Part shown: in pieces, positions 11,730 through 22,892 of the stretch
Layout of the letters: every line of letters starts with the position of its first letter
How positions within the stretch are numbered: position 1 is the stretch's first letter
Assembly: GCA_002269645.1 (NCBI GenBank)
Contig: NIVC01003784.1
Location: 1-39,116, forward strand
Direction of reading: 5' to 3'
Length of the DNA: 39,116 nt
From: Macrostomum lignano
Taxonomy: Eukaryota
The notes under the pieces: generated by a model
Seen by the model: only the letters and a program-made list of their open reading frames with translations
What the model was told of the DNA's origin: nothing
Database searches by the model: none
Program-made: the position numbers and the translations under genes

Positions 11730-13689
11730 ATTTTCTTAGGCTGGCCTATAGGCCCCCTAAACTATTTATAAAATTATAAATTTTAGTTTAATTCAGTTTG
11801 CTTTTAGCTATTTAATAGCCTATATTCTTAAGCAGTTAAAATAAGCTTTGAGGCCTAGGCCTATGCAAACAAATGGCAAAGGTAGCAACAAATCAGAATT
11901 CAAGAGATGAGCAATGCAGTGCATTGTGGATGTGGCAAATTTTAAAAGGAGAAAAATCTGATGTGGCATTTTTTATATTTTAACAAAAGTCAATATTAAA
12001 GGTAATTACTAATAAAGTCATTTTATTTATTGTATATTAGGCCTATAATTAAAAAAAATAATTTTAACTAGTAATTTCTTAATTCTTAATTTTACATTTA
12101 TAAAACATGTTAACTTAGTCTTTTTGTTTCTAAAAAATGATTATTTTTAAATACAATATTCATCAAAATAATTTTATTGAATTCTCATTGACACCATAGG
12201 AAGATTAACAAATCAAGGTTGCATTACCATTGAAGGTAGTTTTTTTGCAGCTTTTTGCTTTTTTTAATCATTTTGGGCATCCCCTAAGTGTCTAATGAAA
12301 GTTTTCAAAAATGGAGAATTGGAAATATTATTAACATAAACTTAAAGAATATAAACTTGAAGCCAATAAAGGTCTTCTAAGAGAAAGAAAGAAAAGAGAG
12401 GTCACAGCGTGTTAAATTATTTAATTGAAAGTAGGCTACTGGTTTCAAGCCTCTGGGCTCTTCATTAGGCCAAAAATCTGTATGTAATACAATGCAAGTT
12501 TGTCTTTTAAGTAATAATTTTTTTAGTTTGATAAAACTGATGAGTAGTTGTAAGTTGTAAATATGAGGGACGTACATTTAAAACCCTGTTTTGTCTAGCT
12601 CTAACTTGTCCTAGAGGCTTTCCACCATTCATTTCAATCAACAGTGTATATAAAAATTGTTTTTTTTTGAAGCACTATACAATTAGATAAAATGTTGGTA
12701 TTGGAGGTAAGAGCATAAAAATCTATATTTGTGGGTACAATAAATAGTTTATATAAATTAAATGACAAAGTGAATAAATATTGTACTTCAATAGGGTAAA
12801 ATGAGCACATTGGTTAAAATGTTTCAATGGTTTCCTGACCGAGACTTAAACTTATTGGGAGCTAGGAGGCTTTGTAAATTATGTTGCCATATAAATGCAG
12901 GCAGTATGTGGGAGCCTGGTTTATTTTGTAGTTTATCAAAGTTTTTAGCAATCTTGTTGGCAAGCCAGACTGTAGATGGATGAAAAGGAAGGACCAGTGG
13001 GATGGGTCAGAGAAGAGAGAGAGAGAAAGAAAGAGTAAATATAAAGAATAGAATTGTCTTGATTAAATATATTTATTACTCTGTTCTATGGACCCTTATC
13101 TATCTACTTGATATCCACTTTTATTCTAGTATAAAATGTTAAACTGTAATTTTATTTTAAAACATTTATTGCAAATAGTTAATTAAAAGTTTTCTAGCAC
13201 AATAAGTCTTTATAATACTTATAAGTTTATTATAAAAATAGACAAGTAGAATGGTTTTTAATATATTTAGCTATTATTAGTTTGTTTGCTAAATAGTCAA
13301 AGCTTTTTTTAAAACTTTTTTCTCTTGAGAAATAGGGATAAGGATAGATAATGATGTAAAGAGCTACTTAATAATCTCTATTATTAGTAAAACATTGCAA
13401 TGCGAGTCTTGTATCATTTTAATAAACTATTTTATAATATATACTTATATAATAAACAATAAGAATAATCCCTGTAAGCTAAACTAAGAACCTACAAAAC
13501 AGACATTATTAACACTGAAATATTACCAAATTATGAATAATACACAATATTCACTTTTTACATATAGGGTAGTCTATCCCACTCCTCATCCTAATTGCTA
13601 ACCTACTTTCTAATTGACAGTTTAAAAATGAGAACTACTTTGTCTATTTAGCAGGCAAAATATCAATAGACAAAATTTTCAATTAAATA

Positions 13690-16240
13690 AAATGTTGAAA
13701 GTGATTCTTGGCTGTCACATTCAAATACCAAGACTTAACTAGCTTGAAGTCTGGGAAGGCCTTTACAACAAAATGTCCTCACAATGGTATAAGAGGCAGC
13801 CATTTCTCTGCCATGAGCTCAACAATGTCATAGCAAAAGTATTCTTTAGTGACGATGGTTTCATCTTTGTCAAATTTTTCTAACATCGCCAAGAATTTAT
13901 CATAAAATGGCAATGTTCTTTGTAGTGTAGAGAAACATTCATTATCCTTGCGCATTATTGAAGCAGCAGGTTGGGACTGCTCAGTGCATTCCAGTTCTCA
14001 GTCAGCATCTGGCAAATTGTTCTTCCAAGATGAAACTTGTTGACATAGAGTGAGAACTGAATGACAAACTGCAGTTGGTCATCCAAAAACCCTCAAGATG
14101 ATCAACATATTTGAAACAAACATGTTGTAGTCCTTGGAATAAATTAGAAGTACAATGCCATGAATAAAAAATCTCTTTTTTTTCATGGCGAAATTTGGCT
14201 AAATAGTGGTTTTTTAAGGTCAGACAAATTGTAGCAATAAAATGATTGGTGTGGACAAATGCAGTCACTTTCATTCTGATCATTTTACCCTTTCGTAGCT
14301 GCTAAAAAAACTTGAAGTGTCATAGAATAACTTTTTAAAGTGTTTTTTGGCTAAAAACTATGTAGACACTGTGCGAAAGAGCCCACAAAAAGTCTGTTAC
14401 GACCATTCTAATAGGTCCGTTTTTCTAGAATGCAGTCAACTCAATTATTGAGCAAAGGAAAAGAGGAAGGCCACAATACAATCGACATTGTGGTAGTCAA
14501 GAAGAGCATTGCTAATATTTTAAGGGAGAGTCCCAATGGCACTTTCTATCATCACTGAATAAGGAAATACTTTTTAAAAAATAAAATTGAGCTTAAAAAT
14601 AAAACAAAAATTTTTTTTAAATTTTAAAAAAATAAAATAATAAACTTGAGCTTTTTTATTACATTTCCTGTCACATCCAAATGCAGCATGTGACTTTGAT
14701 TTTTAAATAGAAGTAGCTGCAGCTGCTCTTTTGAGAATAAATGCAGCTGAAATGGTCTCATGGTAATTGACTACAAATAACCTTTGATGGTTGCATTTGG
14801 TGTAGCGCGGCAAAATTTTGATTGTTGGTCATCAAGCTGAACCAGTATGTCCTGGCTGGTTTTGTCATTATTGGTAGCTAATCAACAAATGTTCTTGAAC
14901 CAAGGAATACTACCTACTTGATTAAAGTTTTTGTGCTCAAGTTTGTCTGCATCAGCAGAATCAAACTTTTTATAAAACATGTTTTCTGCCAAGTGAAGAG
15001 GACAGTTATTGCAGGCATTAGTGACAAGCTTTTTGACAGCCACATTTACTTCTTTGGAAGAGCTTCTCCTTAAAGTCGCTTTTCATGTTGCTCGATTCCT
15101 TTAGAATACATGTGTGCGATTCCACTATCTTGATTGTTTAGAGCAGACTTCAGAATAACAATTACAAGATTCTTTGCACATCTGCCTATAGAACAGCTCT
15201 TGTTTCAGCAATATCTTTGATCTGCCACCTAGCACAAAAACTGTCCTTTTTAAAAATACAACTACATAGCAAGTGTGGCTCTCAAAGTGGCTTAGCATGC
15301 TAGAGCACCATATAGTTGCTATTTCTTCATCCAGTTGTTTTTCATCTGAGCACTGCTGAATGACTTGCTGCCAAAACTGGCCATTTATCTGAATAGCAAA
15401 GCAATGATGCATATCAGTGAGACTGGCTATCCTTGGATCAGCAGCAGAATCTGATGTGGCTGACGTGGACTTCTCTGTTGATAAGTGTGCTGCACCAGCT
15501 GTCTCTACTTCCAACAGTAACGACTTAGACTCAGATGGCAAAGAGTCTCCATCAGCTAAGGCAGAATCAGATGGCAAAGAGTCTCCTTGAGCTGAGGCAG
15601 ACTCAGATGGTCAAGAGTCTCCATCAGCTGAGGCAGACTCAGATGGCACAGAGTCTCCATCAGCTGAGGTGGACTCAGATGGCAAATAGTCTCCATGAGC
15701 TGAGGCAACTCAGATGGCAAATAGTCTTCATGAGCTAAGGTGGACTCAGATGGCAAATAGTCTTCATGAGCTGAGGCAACTCAGATGGCAAATAGTCTTC
15801 ATGAGCTAAGGTGGACTCAGATGGCAAATAGTCTCCATGAGCTGAGGCAACTCAGATGGCAAATAGTCTTCATGAGCTAAGGTGGACTCAGATGGCAAAT
15901 AGTCTTCATGAGCTGAGGCGGACTCAGATGGCAAAGAGTCTCCATGAGCTGAGGTGGACTCAGATGGCAGAGTCTTCATTAGCTGAGGTGGAATCAGACA
16001 GCAAAGAGTCTTCATGAGCTAAGGCAACTCAGATGGCAAAGAGTCTCCATCAGCTAAGGCAGACTCAGATAGCAAAGCAGTCTCTTTCTTTTTACATTCT
16101 TTTAAGTATTTCAGATGAAACCTGTGCCTATTTTTTCAATGTTTGCAATACACAACAGGTGGCAGGCATTACCCCACATACTCGTTGAGCTGCGCCAGTT
16201 TCCAACTAGTTGCAGAAAATTGCTTTCCAAAAGCTGTAGG
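13690..16240 (-). mobile_element. Decayed Mutator-like (MULE / NOF-FB-type) DNA transposase gene with stops, frameshifts and intron-like AT-rich gaps
   Basis: Hand translation of the minus strand gives, in order: PFQLHLFSKEQL...MLHLDVTGNVIKK (~14.64-14.77 kb), PIRMVVTDFLWALSHSV..VF (~14.35-14.42 kb), VHTNHFIATI (~14.23 kb), PFYDKF...EYF..DIVELMAEKWLPLIPL* and LVKSWY (~13.72-13.92 kb). These resemble the DATG / DFSWAL / CxxH / PLW / E motifs I recall for NOF-FB-like MULE transposases. Element termini were not located. Confidence 0.62.
15528..16076. repeat. 36-bp (some 35-bp) minisatellite, ~15 copies, inside the transposase relic
   Basis: Unit gactcagatggcaaagagtctccat(c/g)agctgaggca. On the minus strand it encodes LPSESxxAxxDx 12-aa repeats. 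Confidence 0.95.
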
Positions 16241-16409
16241 ATTGTCTGCAAGAGATAATTTAACAGTGAAGAAAGTATATTGACAATATACTTGTACACC
16301 CATACATATATAAGGATAGCCATTTTGCTACAGTTACAAATTAAACCATCGATTTTCCTTCTTCTTTATGCATTATTATCAGTAGTAGAAAGTGTATTTT
16401 TATATTATG

Positions 16410-16662
16410 TGATGCTTTATATGTTGTTGTTGTTGTTGTTGTTTGCGCTCAAGGCGCGAACATCCTAGTTTGCATCGTTTTCTTTTCACTTGGTACGGTA
16501 CCAGGCCCAGTACCAGAGTGCCTCCTCTGGATGCTCGTTGAGGTGGTGCAGCTCCGTGGGCCCATCCAGCCTTCGCCTGATCTCCGTGGCCAGGCACTGA
16601 CTGCTCACATGTTCGACCATTTCTTCTTCGGTCCCACACGCCAGGCACATGATGCTTTATAT
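16410..16662 (-). mobile_element. 5'-truncated non-LTR retrotransposon (LINE) 3' end with (CAA)n tail and 13-bp target-site duplication
   Basis: TSD tgatgctttatat at 16410-16422 and 16650-16662. The insert encodes CLACGTEEEMVEHVSSQC (CX2CX8HX4C knuckle)...WYRTK* (stop 16486-16488), followed by a short 3' UTR and a CAA tail. It is GC-rich within AT-rich DNA. Confidence 0.85.
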
Positions 16663-17132
16663 ATTGTATAATATTCTTCGTTGTTTGCTAAGAAAAAATA
16701 CAACATAATATATTCTATAAAGATTATTGCCCAAGTTTAGAAAAAATGCAACAAATCAACATTTTTTCTTCTAATCCAATTAAGGTTTAAAGAAATGACT
16801 TGTATTTACACAGAAAGGCTTGTAGTTCCATTTGCTTTTGAAAACATAAGTAATAAATTTATAACATAAAAAATATGTTAGTTTGGTGGATATTAATGAA
16901 CCCACACAAAATCCCCAAATTGGAATGCAATTTGAATCAGAAATTTGTTATTTAGCAATTCAATGTACAGGTACCTTCAAAAGATATTAAATGTATTTAT
17001 GTCAATATACAAGTAAAATACACTACTTTCATGGACTAGGTTTTATTATACTATGTCAATATTTTATTATACTATTCCTTTCTAGGCATAAGCCTAATAT
17101 AAGCAAAATGAAATAGACACAAAATATTAGAT

Positions 17133-17919
17133 GGCTCATTCCATATAAGCATGGTCGTAACATGACAGGCTATTTTTACTTATAAAATGAAATATAATAA
17201 TAGAATATACTAAACCAATATTTTAAATGAAAGATAATTTTGTCAAAAATATTTTTATAGAGTTTCATGTAGATATCATCATTAGTATAGATGCTATTAA
17301 ACCTTGAATGGCACTTATGGTCGTAACAACAGGATTTTTGACATATAGAAACTAAAAGGTAAAAGTCTTATAACATTTTTATTTTTGATATTTTGCAATA
17401 CATTTTTAAAAATTTGACTAAGAACATCTTTAGTAATCATACTCTTTTTGTAGAATATATAAACTCAAAAAGGCAACAAAGATACAAAAGAAAAGGCAGC
17501 CTTATGGTCGTAACATTATGGTCGTAACATATTTTTTTCTGTCAATTCAGTAACTTTGAGGTACCAATATATTAAAAATATAATAGATTATTTGGTCACC
17601 AATACTTTTATCTGATGATGCAAGTACTATACTTTTATCTATAGTTTGTTTCAACCTTCCAAAGCTTTCTATTTGTTTTTAAAAGGTACACAAACTTAAT
17701 GATGTCTTTTGCTTAGAAAAATGTCTAAATTTTTACAAAAATGACTTTTTGCCACTTGATAGCATACTAATCTAACATTTTATCATTCATTTATTCTTAG
17801 ATTGTAGATATTACACATAAAAAACATTTGGTAAAAAAATTGGCTGATAAGGCAATGGCAAGCAAAAATATTGACTTTTTTCTATTTTCCAAAAATGTCC
17901 ATCTTATATAGAATGAGCC
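17133..17919. mobile_element. 787-bp non-autonomous DNA transposon (MITE) with ~21-bp TIRs and 4-bp TSD AGAT
   Basis: Left TIR ggctcattccatataagcatgg (from 17133). The right end reverse-complements to ggctcattctatataagatgg (ends 17919). AGAT flanks at 17129-17132 and 17920-17923. Internal motif atggtcgtaac occurs four times (17151, 17317, 17504, 17518). Confidence 0.8.
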
Positions 17920-18454
17920 AGATATCAATAAGGAATATAGTAGATTTATATAAAAGGCTAAAAATTGACATTTTGAAATAGTATCAAAGAGTAGAATTAG
18001 GCGTGTGTAGGGTAAAATAATTATTATATATTATATAGCTTGAGTATATTCCTAGTATTTGTAGCACTCAACTAAAAAGAATGATAGAGCAAGGCAATGG
18101 TTTTAGTTTTCTTTATTATTGAGTTGAGTCTCATTTGAGAGAGAAAAGTCAAGATAGGTATTATGTACTGCTTATTTATACCTTATAAATGAGCTTGCTA
18201 GAATTTTCTAGAATGCTCTACACATTATAACAAAGTAGAATAGAAGTTTCTGAAAAAGCACAGAACTTTTAACTTTGAAATTTCTAGAACTTATTACTGC
18301 ATATGGTAAAGAAAGTTTGCAAAGGTCACTGTGGTATATTCTTTGACCCAGTCTTTAAAGGTCTATTATTTTTCAACCTGGGAATTTCCTTTCTTAAACT
18401 GACTATTCAGCAATCGAAACAGAAGCATCTCAGCTAGAAATAGACATCGGCGCC

Positions 18455-21400
18455 ATGTTTGGTCAAGTTGTAATTGGCCCGCCAGGCTCTGGCAAGTCAA
18501 CCTATTGTGCTGGCATGGCCGAACTGCTCCAGCGTCACTTGAAGCGTCAAGTTGTGCTGGTTAACCTGGACCCGGCCAATGACCAGCTGCCATACAAGCC
18601 AGATATTGATCTCACTGAGCTAGTCAGGCTAGATGAGGCCATGGAGAGGCTGGACCTCGGCCCGAATGGCGGCCTGCTGTTCTGCATGGACTTCCTGTTG
18701 AAGAATGCTGATTGGCTGGTTGGCCGGCTCAAACAGTTTTCCAATGCCTATTTCTTGTTCGACATGCCAGGTTATTGCTCAGTTTTTATCATTTAAATAT
18801 TGCCATAAATATCGCCAGGTCATGAACTCTTGTGCTCTACTAGATCATGAACCTCTCCACTAAGTCACGAACCTCTACTAAGGTCACGAACCTCTCTACT
18901 AAGGTCACGTAACCTCTCTACTAAGGTCACGAACCTCTCTACTAAGGTCACGTAACCTCTCTACTAAGGTCACGAACCTCTCTACTAAGGTCACGAACCT
19001 CTCTACTAAGGTCACGAACCTCTCTACTAAGGTCACGAACCTCTCTACTAAGGTCACGAACCTCTCTACTAAGGTCACGAACCTCTCTACTAAGGTCACG
19101 AACCTCTCTACTAAGGTCACGAACCTCTCTACTAAGGTCACGAACCTCTCTACTAAGGTCACGAACCTCTCTACTAAGGTCACGAACCTCTCTACTAAGG
19201 TCACGTACCCCCAACTCAAAGATTACGAACCTCTCTACTAAGGTCACGTACCCCCAACTCAAAGATTACGAACCTCTCTACTAAGATCACGTACCCCCAA
19301 CTCAAAGATTACGAACCTCTCTACTAAGGTCACGTACTCTCAACTCTAAGGTCACGAACCTCTCTACTAAGGTCACGTAACCTCAACTCTAAGGTCACGA
19401 ACCTCCCTACTAAGGTCACGTAACCTCAACTCTAAGGTCACGAACCTCTCTACTAGTCACGTACCCCCAACTCAAAGATCACGAACCTCTCTACTAGTCA
19501 CGTACCCCCAACTCAAAGATCACGAACCTCTCGACTAAGGTCACGCACCCTCAACTCTAAGGTCATGAACCTCCCGACTAAGGTCACATACCCTCAGCTC
19601 TAAGGTCACAATTCAAGAACCTCGTCTCAGGTCACCAACCATCGCCTCGAAGGTTACAAAACCCTGTCTTTTCGTTTAAACAAGCCTTCGTCAATATATT
19701 GTTAAAAATCCTAGCCCCTAAGGTCATGAATCCTGAGCTTTAAAAGTTACGAACTCGGACTCTCAAGGCAATAGACTGAAAAGGGAATTACCGCTATTTT
19801 TCTAGTCGAGTTATTATAATTTATCTAATTGTCGGCTTCGCAGGCCAGGTAGAACTGTACACCAACGACCAGTCAGTGCAGCAGCTGCTGGATCACCTGA
19901 CCAACAAGTGCGACTACAGACTGGCCTGCGTGCACCTGGTTGATTCGCATTACTGCACTGATGCTGGTAAATTCGTTGCCGTACTGCTCACCAGCCTGAG
20001 CGCTATGCTCAACCTGCAGCTGCCTCATGTTAACGTGCTGTCTAAAGCCGATCTTATTGAGCAGTATGGCCAGCTGCCATTTCACATAGACTATTTCACG
20101 GATGTGCTCGACCTGTCCTACCTGGTGCAGAGTCTGGAAGGCGATCCAGTGCTGCAGAAGTATCACAAGTTAGTTATGATTTCTAATTGTTTAATTAATA
20201 TGAATTACCACCCATCAGCCACAGGATGTGCCAGTACCACCCCTCAGCCACAGGATGTGTGCCAGTACCATCCCCTCAGCCAAAGGATGTGTGACAGTAC
20301 CATCCCCTCAGCCACAGGATGTGACAGTACCATCCCCTCAGCCACAGGATGTGTGCCAGTACCATCCCTCAGCCAAAGGATGTGTGACAGTACCATCCCC
20401 TCAGCCACAGGATGTGACAGTACCATCCCCTCAGCCACAGGATGTGTGCCAGTACCATCCCCTCAGCCAAAGGATGTGTGACAGTACCATCCCCTCAGCC
20501 ACAGGATGTGCCAGTACCACCCCCTCAGCCACAGGATGTGTGCCAGTGCCATCCCCTCAGCCATAGGATGTGTGCCAATGCCATCCCTTCAGCCATAGGA
20601 TGTGCCAGTGCCATCTCCTCAGCCACAGGATGTGACAGTACCATCCCCTCAGCCACAGGATGTGTGCCAGTACCATCCCCTCAGCCAAAGGATGTGTGAC
20701 AGTACCATCCCCTCAGCCACAGGATGTGACAGTACCATCCCCTCAGCCACAGGATGTGTGCCAGTACCATCCCCTCAGCCAAAGGATGTGTGACAGTACC
20801 ATCCCCTCAGCCACAGGATGTGTGCCAGTACCACCCCTCAGCCGCAGGATGTGTGCCAGTGCCATCCCCTCAGCCATAGGATGTGTGCCAATGCCATCCC
20901 TTCAGCCATAGGATGTGCCAGTGCCATCTCCTCAGCCACAGGATGTGACAGTACCATCCCCTCAGCCACAGGATGTGTGCCAGTACCATCCCCTCAGCCA
21001 AAGGATGTGTGACAGTACCATCCCCTCAGCCACAGGATGTGACAGTACCATCCCCTCAGCCACAGGATGTGACAGTACCATCCCCTCAGCCACAGGATGT
21101 GACAGTACCATCCCCTCAGCCACAGGATGTGTGCCAGTGCCATCCCCTCAGCCATAGGATGTGTGCCAATGCCATCCCTTCAGCCATAGGATGTGCCAGT
21201 GCCATCCCCTCAGCCATAGGATGTGCCAGTGCCATCTCCTCAGCCATAGGATGTGCCAGTACCATCCCCTCAGCCACAGGATGTGACAGTACCATCCCCT
21301 CAGCCACAGGATGTGTGCCAGTACCATCCCCTCAGCCACAGGATGTGTGCATTGCCAACCCTCAGATTCACGAGCGCACTGGCCGAACTAGTTGAGAGCC

Positions 21401-21702
21401 ACTCTCTGGTGAGCTTCAGCCTGCTAGACATTCAGGACCGCGAGTCGGTGCTGCGGCTGCTGCGCAGCGTCGACCAAGCCAATGGCTACGTCTTCGGCGA
21501 CGCCGAGGAGCGCAGCATCGCCGCCCTGTTGTCGTGCGCAGTCGGGGCGGATTTCGAATACGCCAAGATCCAGTCTGTGCACGAGAAGTACACCGCGGCA
21601 AGCGGCGGCGGGTCGGAGGCGGGGCCGGGAGCTTCGGGCACCGCGGGGCCGTCAGAGGAGGAGGAGGAGGAGGAGGACATTCAGATTGACTTTCTGGCCT
21701 GA
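18455..21702 (+). CDS. GPN2: GPN-loop GTPase 2, 325 aa; exons 18455-18770, 19844-20168, 21366-21702
   Basis: [17 protein letters not shown] (P-loop), [20 protein letters not shown] (GPN loop), FDMPG|[33 protein letters not shown]...DQANGYVFG. The three exons total 978 nt with phase-compatible GT-AG junctions. Confidence 0.96.
18845..19610. repeat. 21-bp minisatellite (~36 units) grading into ~43-bp dimeric variants, GPN2 intron 1
   Basis: Unit aaggtcacgaacctctctact. Later units alternate with aaggtcacgtacccccaactc-type variants. Confidence 0.96.
20209..21365. repeat. 30/32-bp minisatellite (~37 units) with higher-order blocks, filling GPN2 intron 2 up to the acceptor
   Basis: Units (c)cagtaccatcccctcagcca(c/a)aggatgtg(tg/a). 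The last degenerate unit ends ...ccaaccctcag|exon 3. Confidence 0.96.
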
Positions 21703-21849
21703 GCTGAGGTGTTGGCAGTCATGCTTCATAGATCAATTTCTATTTTGCCAAATATACGAGTTTATAAAATTGCTCCAATGCATTTGTCTTACTTATAGTA
21801 GAAACAATGCGCATTATAGTTGCTTTTTAATCTTAGTCTTCTTCAGTAC

Positions 21850-22140
21850 TAAGCCTAGTGGTCAGAGCGTCGGACTCACAACTGAAAGGTCGGTGGTTCG
21901 ATTCTCCGACCCACTCGGAACAATTTGTCCTTAAGCAAGACACTTAACTCTACATTGCCTCAGTTCACCCAGCTGTAAAATGGGTGCCAGCATTAGCTGG
22001 GGTAATTGAGATTGTGTGTGGCGACCCCTCAGTCCTTGGACTGAACAGCCGTACGCAGCCTTCAGATGCGCCGCGCAATAGCTGCGGCTGAGCTGTCGGT
22101 TGCACATCTGGTCATTAGGGCAGGTGTAATCAATTATTTG
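21850..22140 (+). mobile_element. tRNA-derived CORE-SINE
   Basis: A-box-like agcctagtggtc (~21852), B box ggttcgattct (21895-21905), then tgtccttaagcaagacacttaactc...gcctcagttcacccagctgtaaaatggg (21926-21984), which closely follows the CORE (MIR-type) central domain. The 3' end is approximate. Confidence 0.75.
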
Positions 22141-22760
22141 ATGAGGACGCACTTTTTTTCCAAATCTCTTCCAAATTTTTCCAAACATGGGTTCCAAACT
22201 TGTTAGCCTACTGACAGCAGGCTATGGGCATTTTTCTTTCTTTTCTGCAATTTTCCTAGAACTCATACTAGTAGGATTTGTGTAGCTATATGATTTTGCC
22301 ATACTTGTAGTCATTATAGCATAGGCGCGGTTTTTGCTACTTTTGGGGTCATAAATCATAGCTCCTAGGCGTGTCTGACAGCCACCTGCGCCTCAGCGCC
22401 TCACTCAGTGTTGAAGCTGGCGCCAGATGGTCTGAGGATGCTGGCGGTTGGCTTTTTTCTCATCATTTTTGACAGGCCATCAGATTTATGAGGTCAAGGC
22501 CTATTCTTGTTCACTCAGACCTTTGGCAGCTTTGACAGCTACGCGTTTTACCCCTAAAAGCACTTTAAGATTAGCCATTATCGATTTCTCTTCACCATCT
22601 TCACTTTCTACTTAATGAGACCTTTCCAGTGCATATTTTTTATTAATTTTTGTAATTCCTACGCGAAAAGCCATAAATCATAATGTAGCGATGTTGAGTG
22701 ATTTATGCTAAAATCTGGCGTATTTTTATGGCCCCGAGGGAACTGATAGGATCTTTTGGT

Positions 22761-22892
22761 CACGTGAGTTTAGGTGGCAACAAGCTCAGCCAATCAGAAA
22801 ATTTGACGTCAGTTATAACAAATCGGCTCAGCCAATCAGCGTTGAAGTGTTCCATTTTAACAATTTTCGGTCCAGTTGGTGGCTATTTAAAC
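22761..22892 (+). promoter_or_regulatory. Pol II promoter-like cluster: E-box, two identical CCAAT boxes, CRE, TATA-like motif
   Basis: cacgtg 22761-22766; ctcagccaatcag 22785-22797 and 22827-22839 (42-bp spacing); tgacgtca 22804-22811; ctatttaaac ~22883. No intact gene follows. Confidence 0.35.

Noticed and set aside
18905-21395. LVERFVT / REVRDLS and PSATGC / PQPQDV repeat ORFs
   Set aside because: They are translations of the GPN2 intronic minisatellites.
21850-21915. tRNA gene
   Set aside because: A and B boxes are present, but there is no acceptor-stem pairing, and the sequence continues into a CORE domain, so it is a SINE head.
22200-22700. Histone gene suggested by the nearby double-CCAAT/TATA module
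   Set aside because: No histone-fold sequence was found in the frames I translated, and there is no 3' stem-loop.
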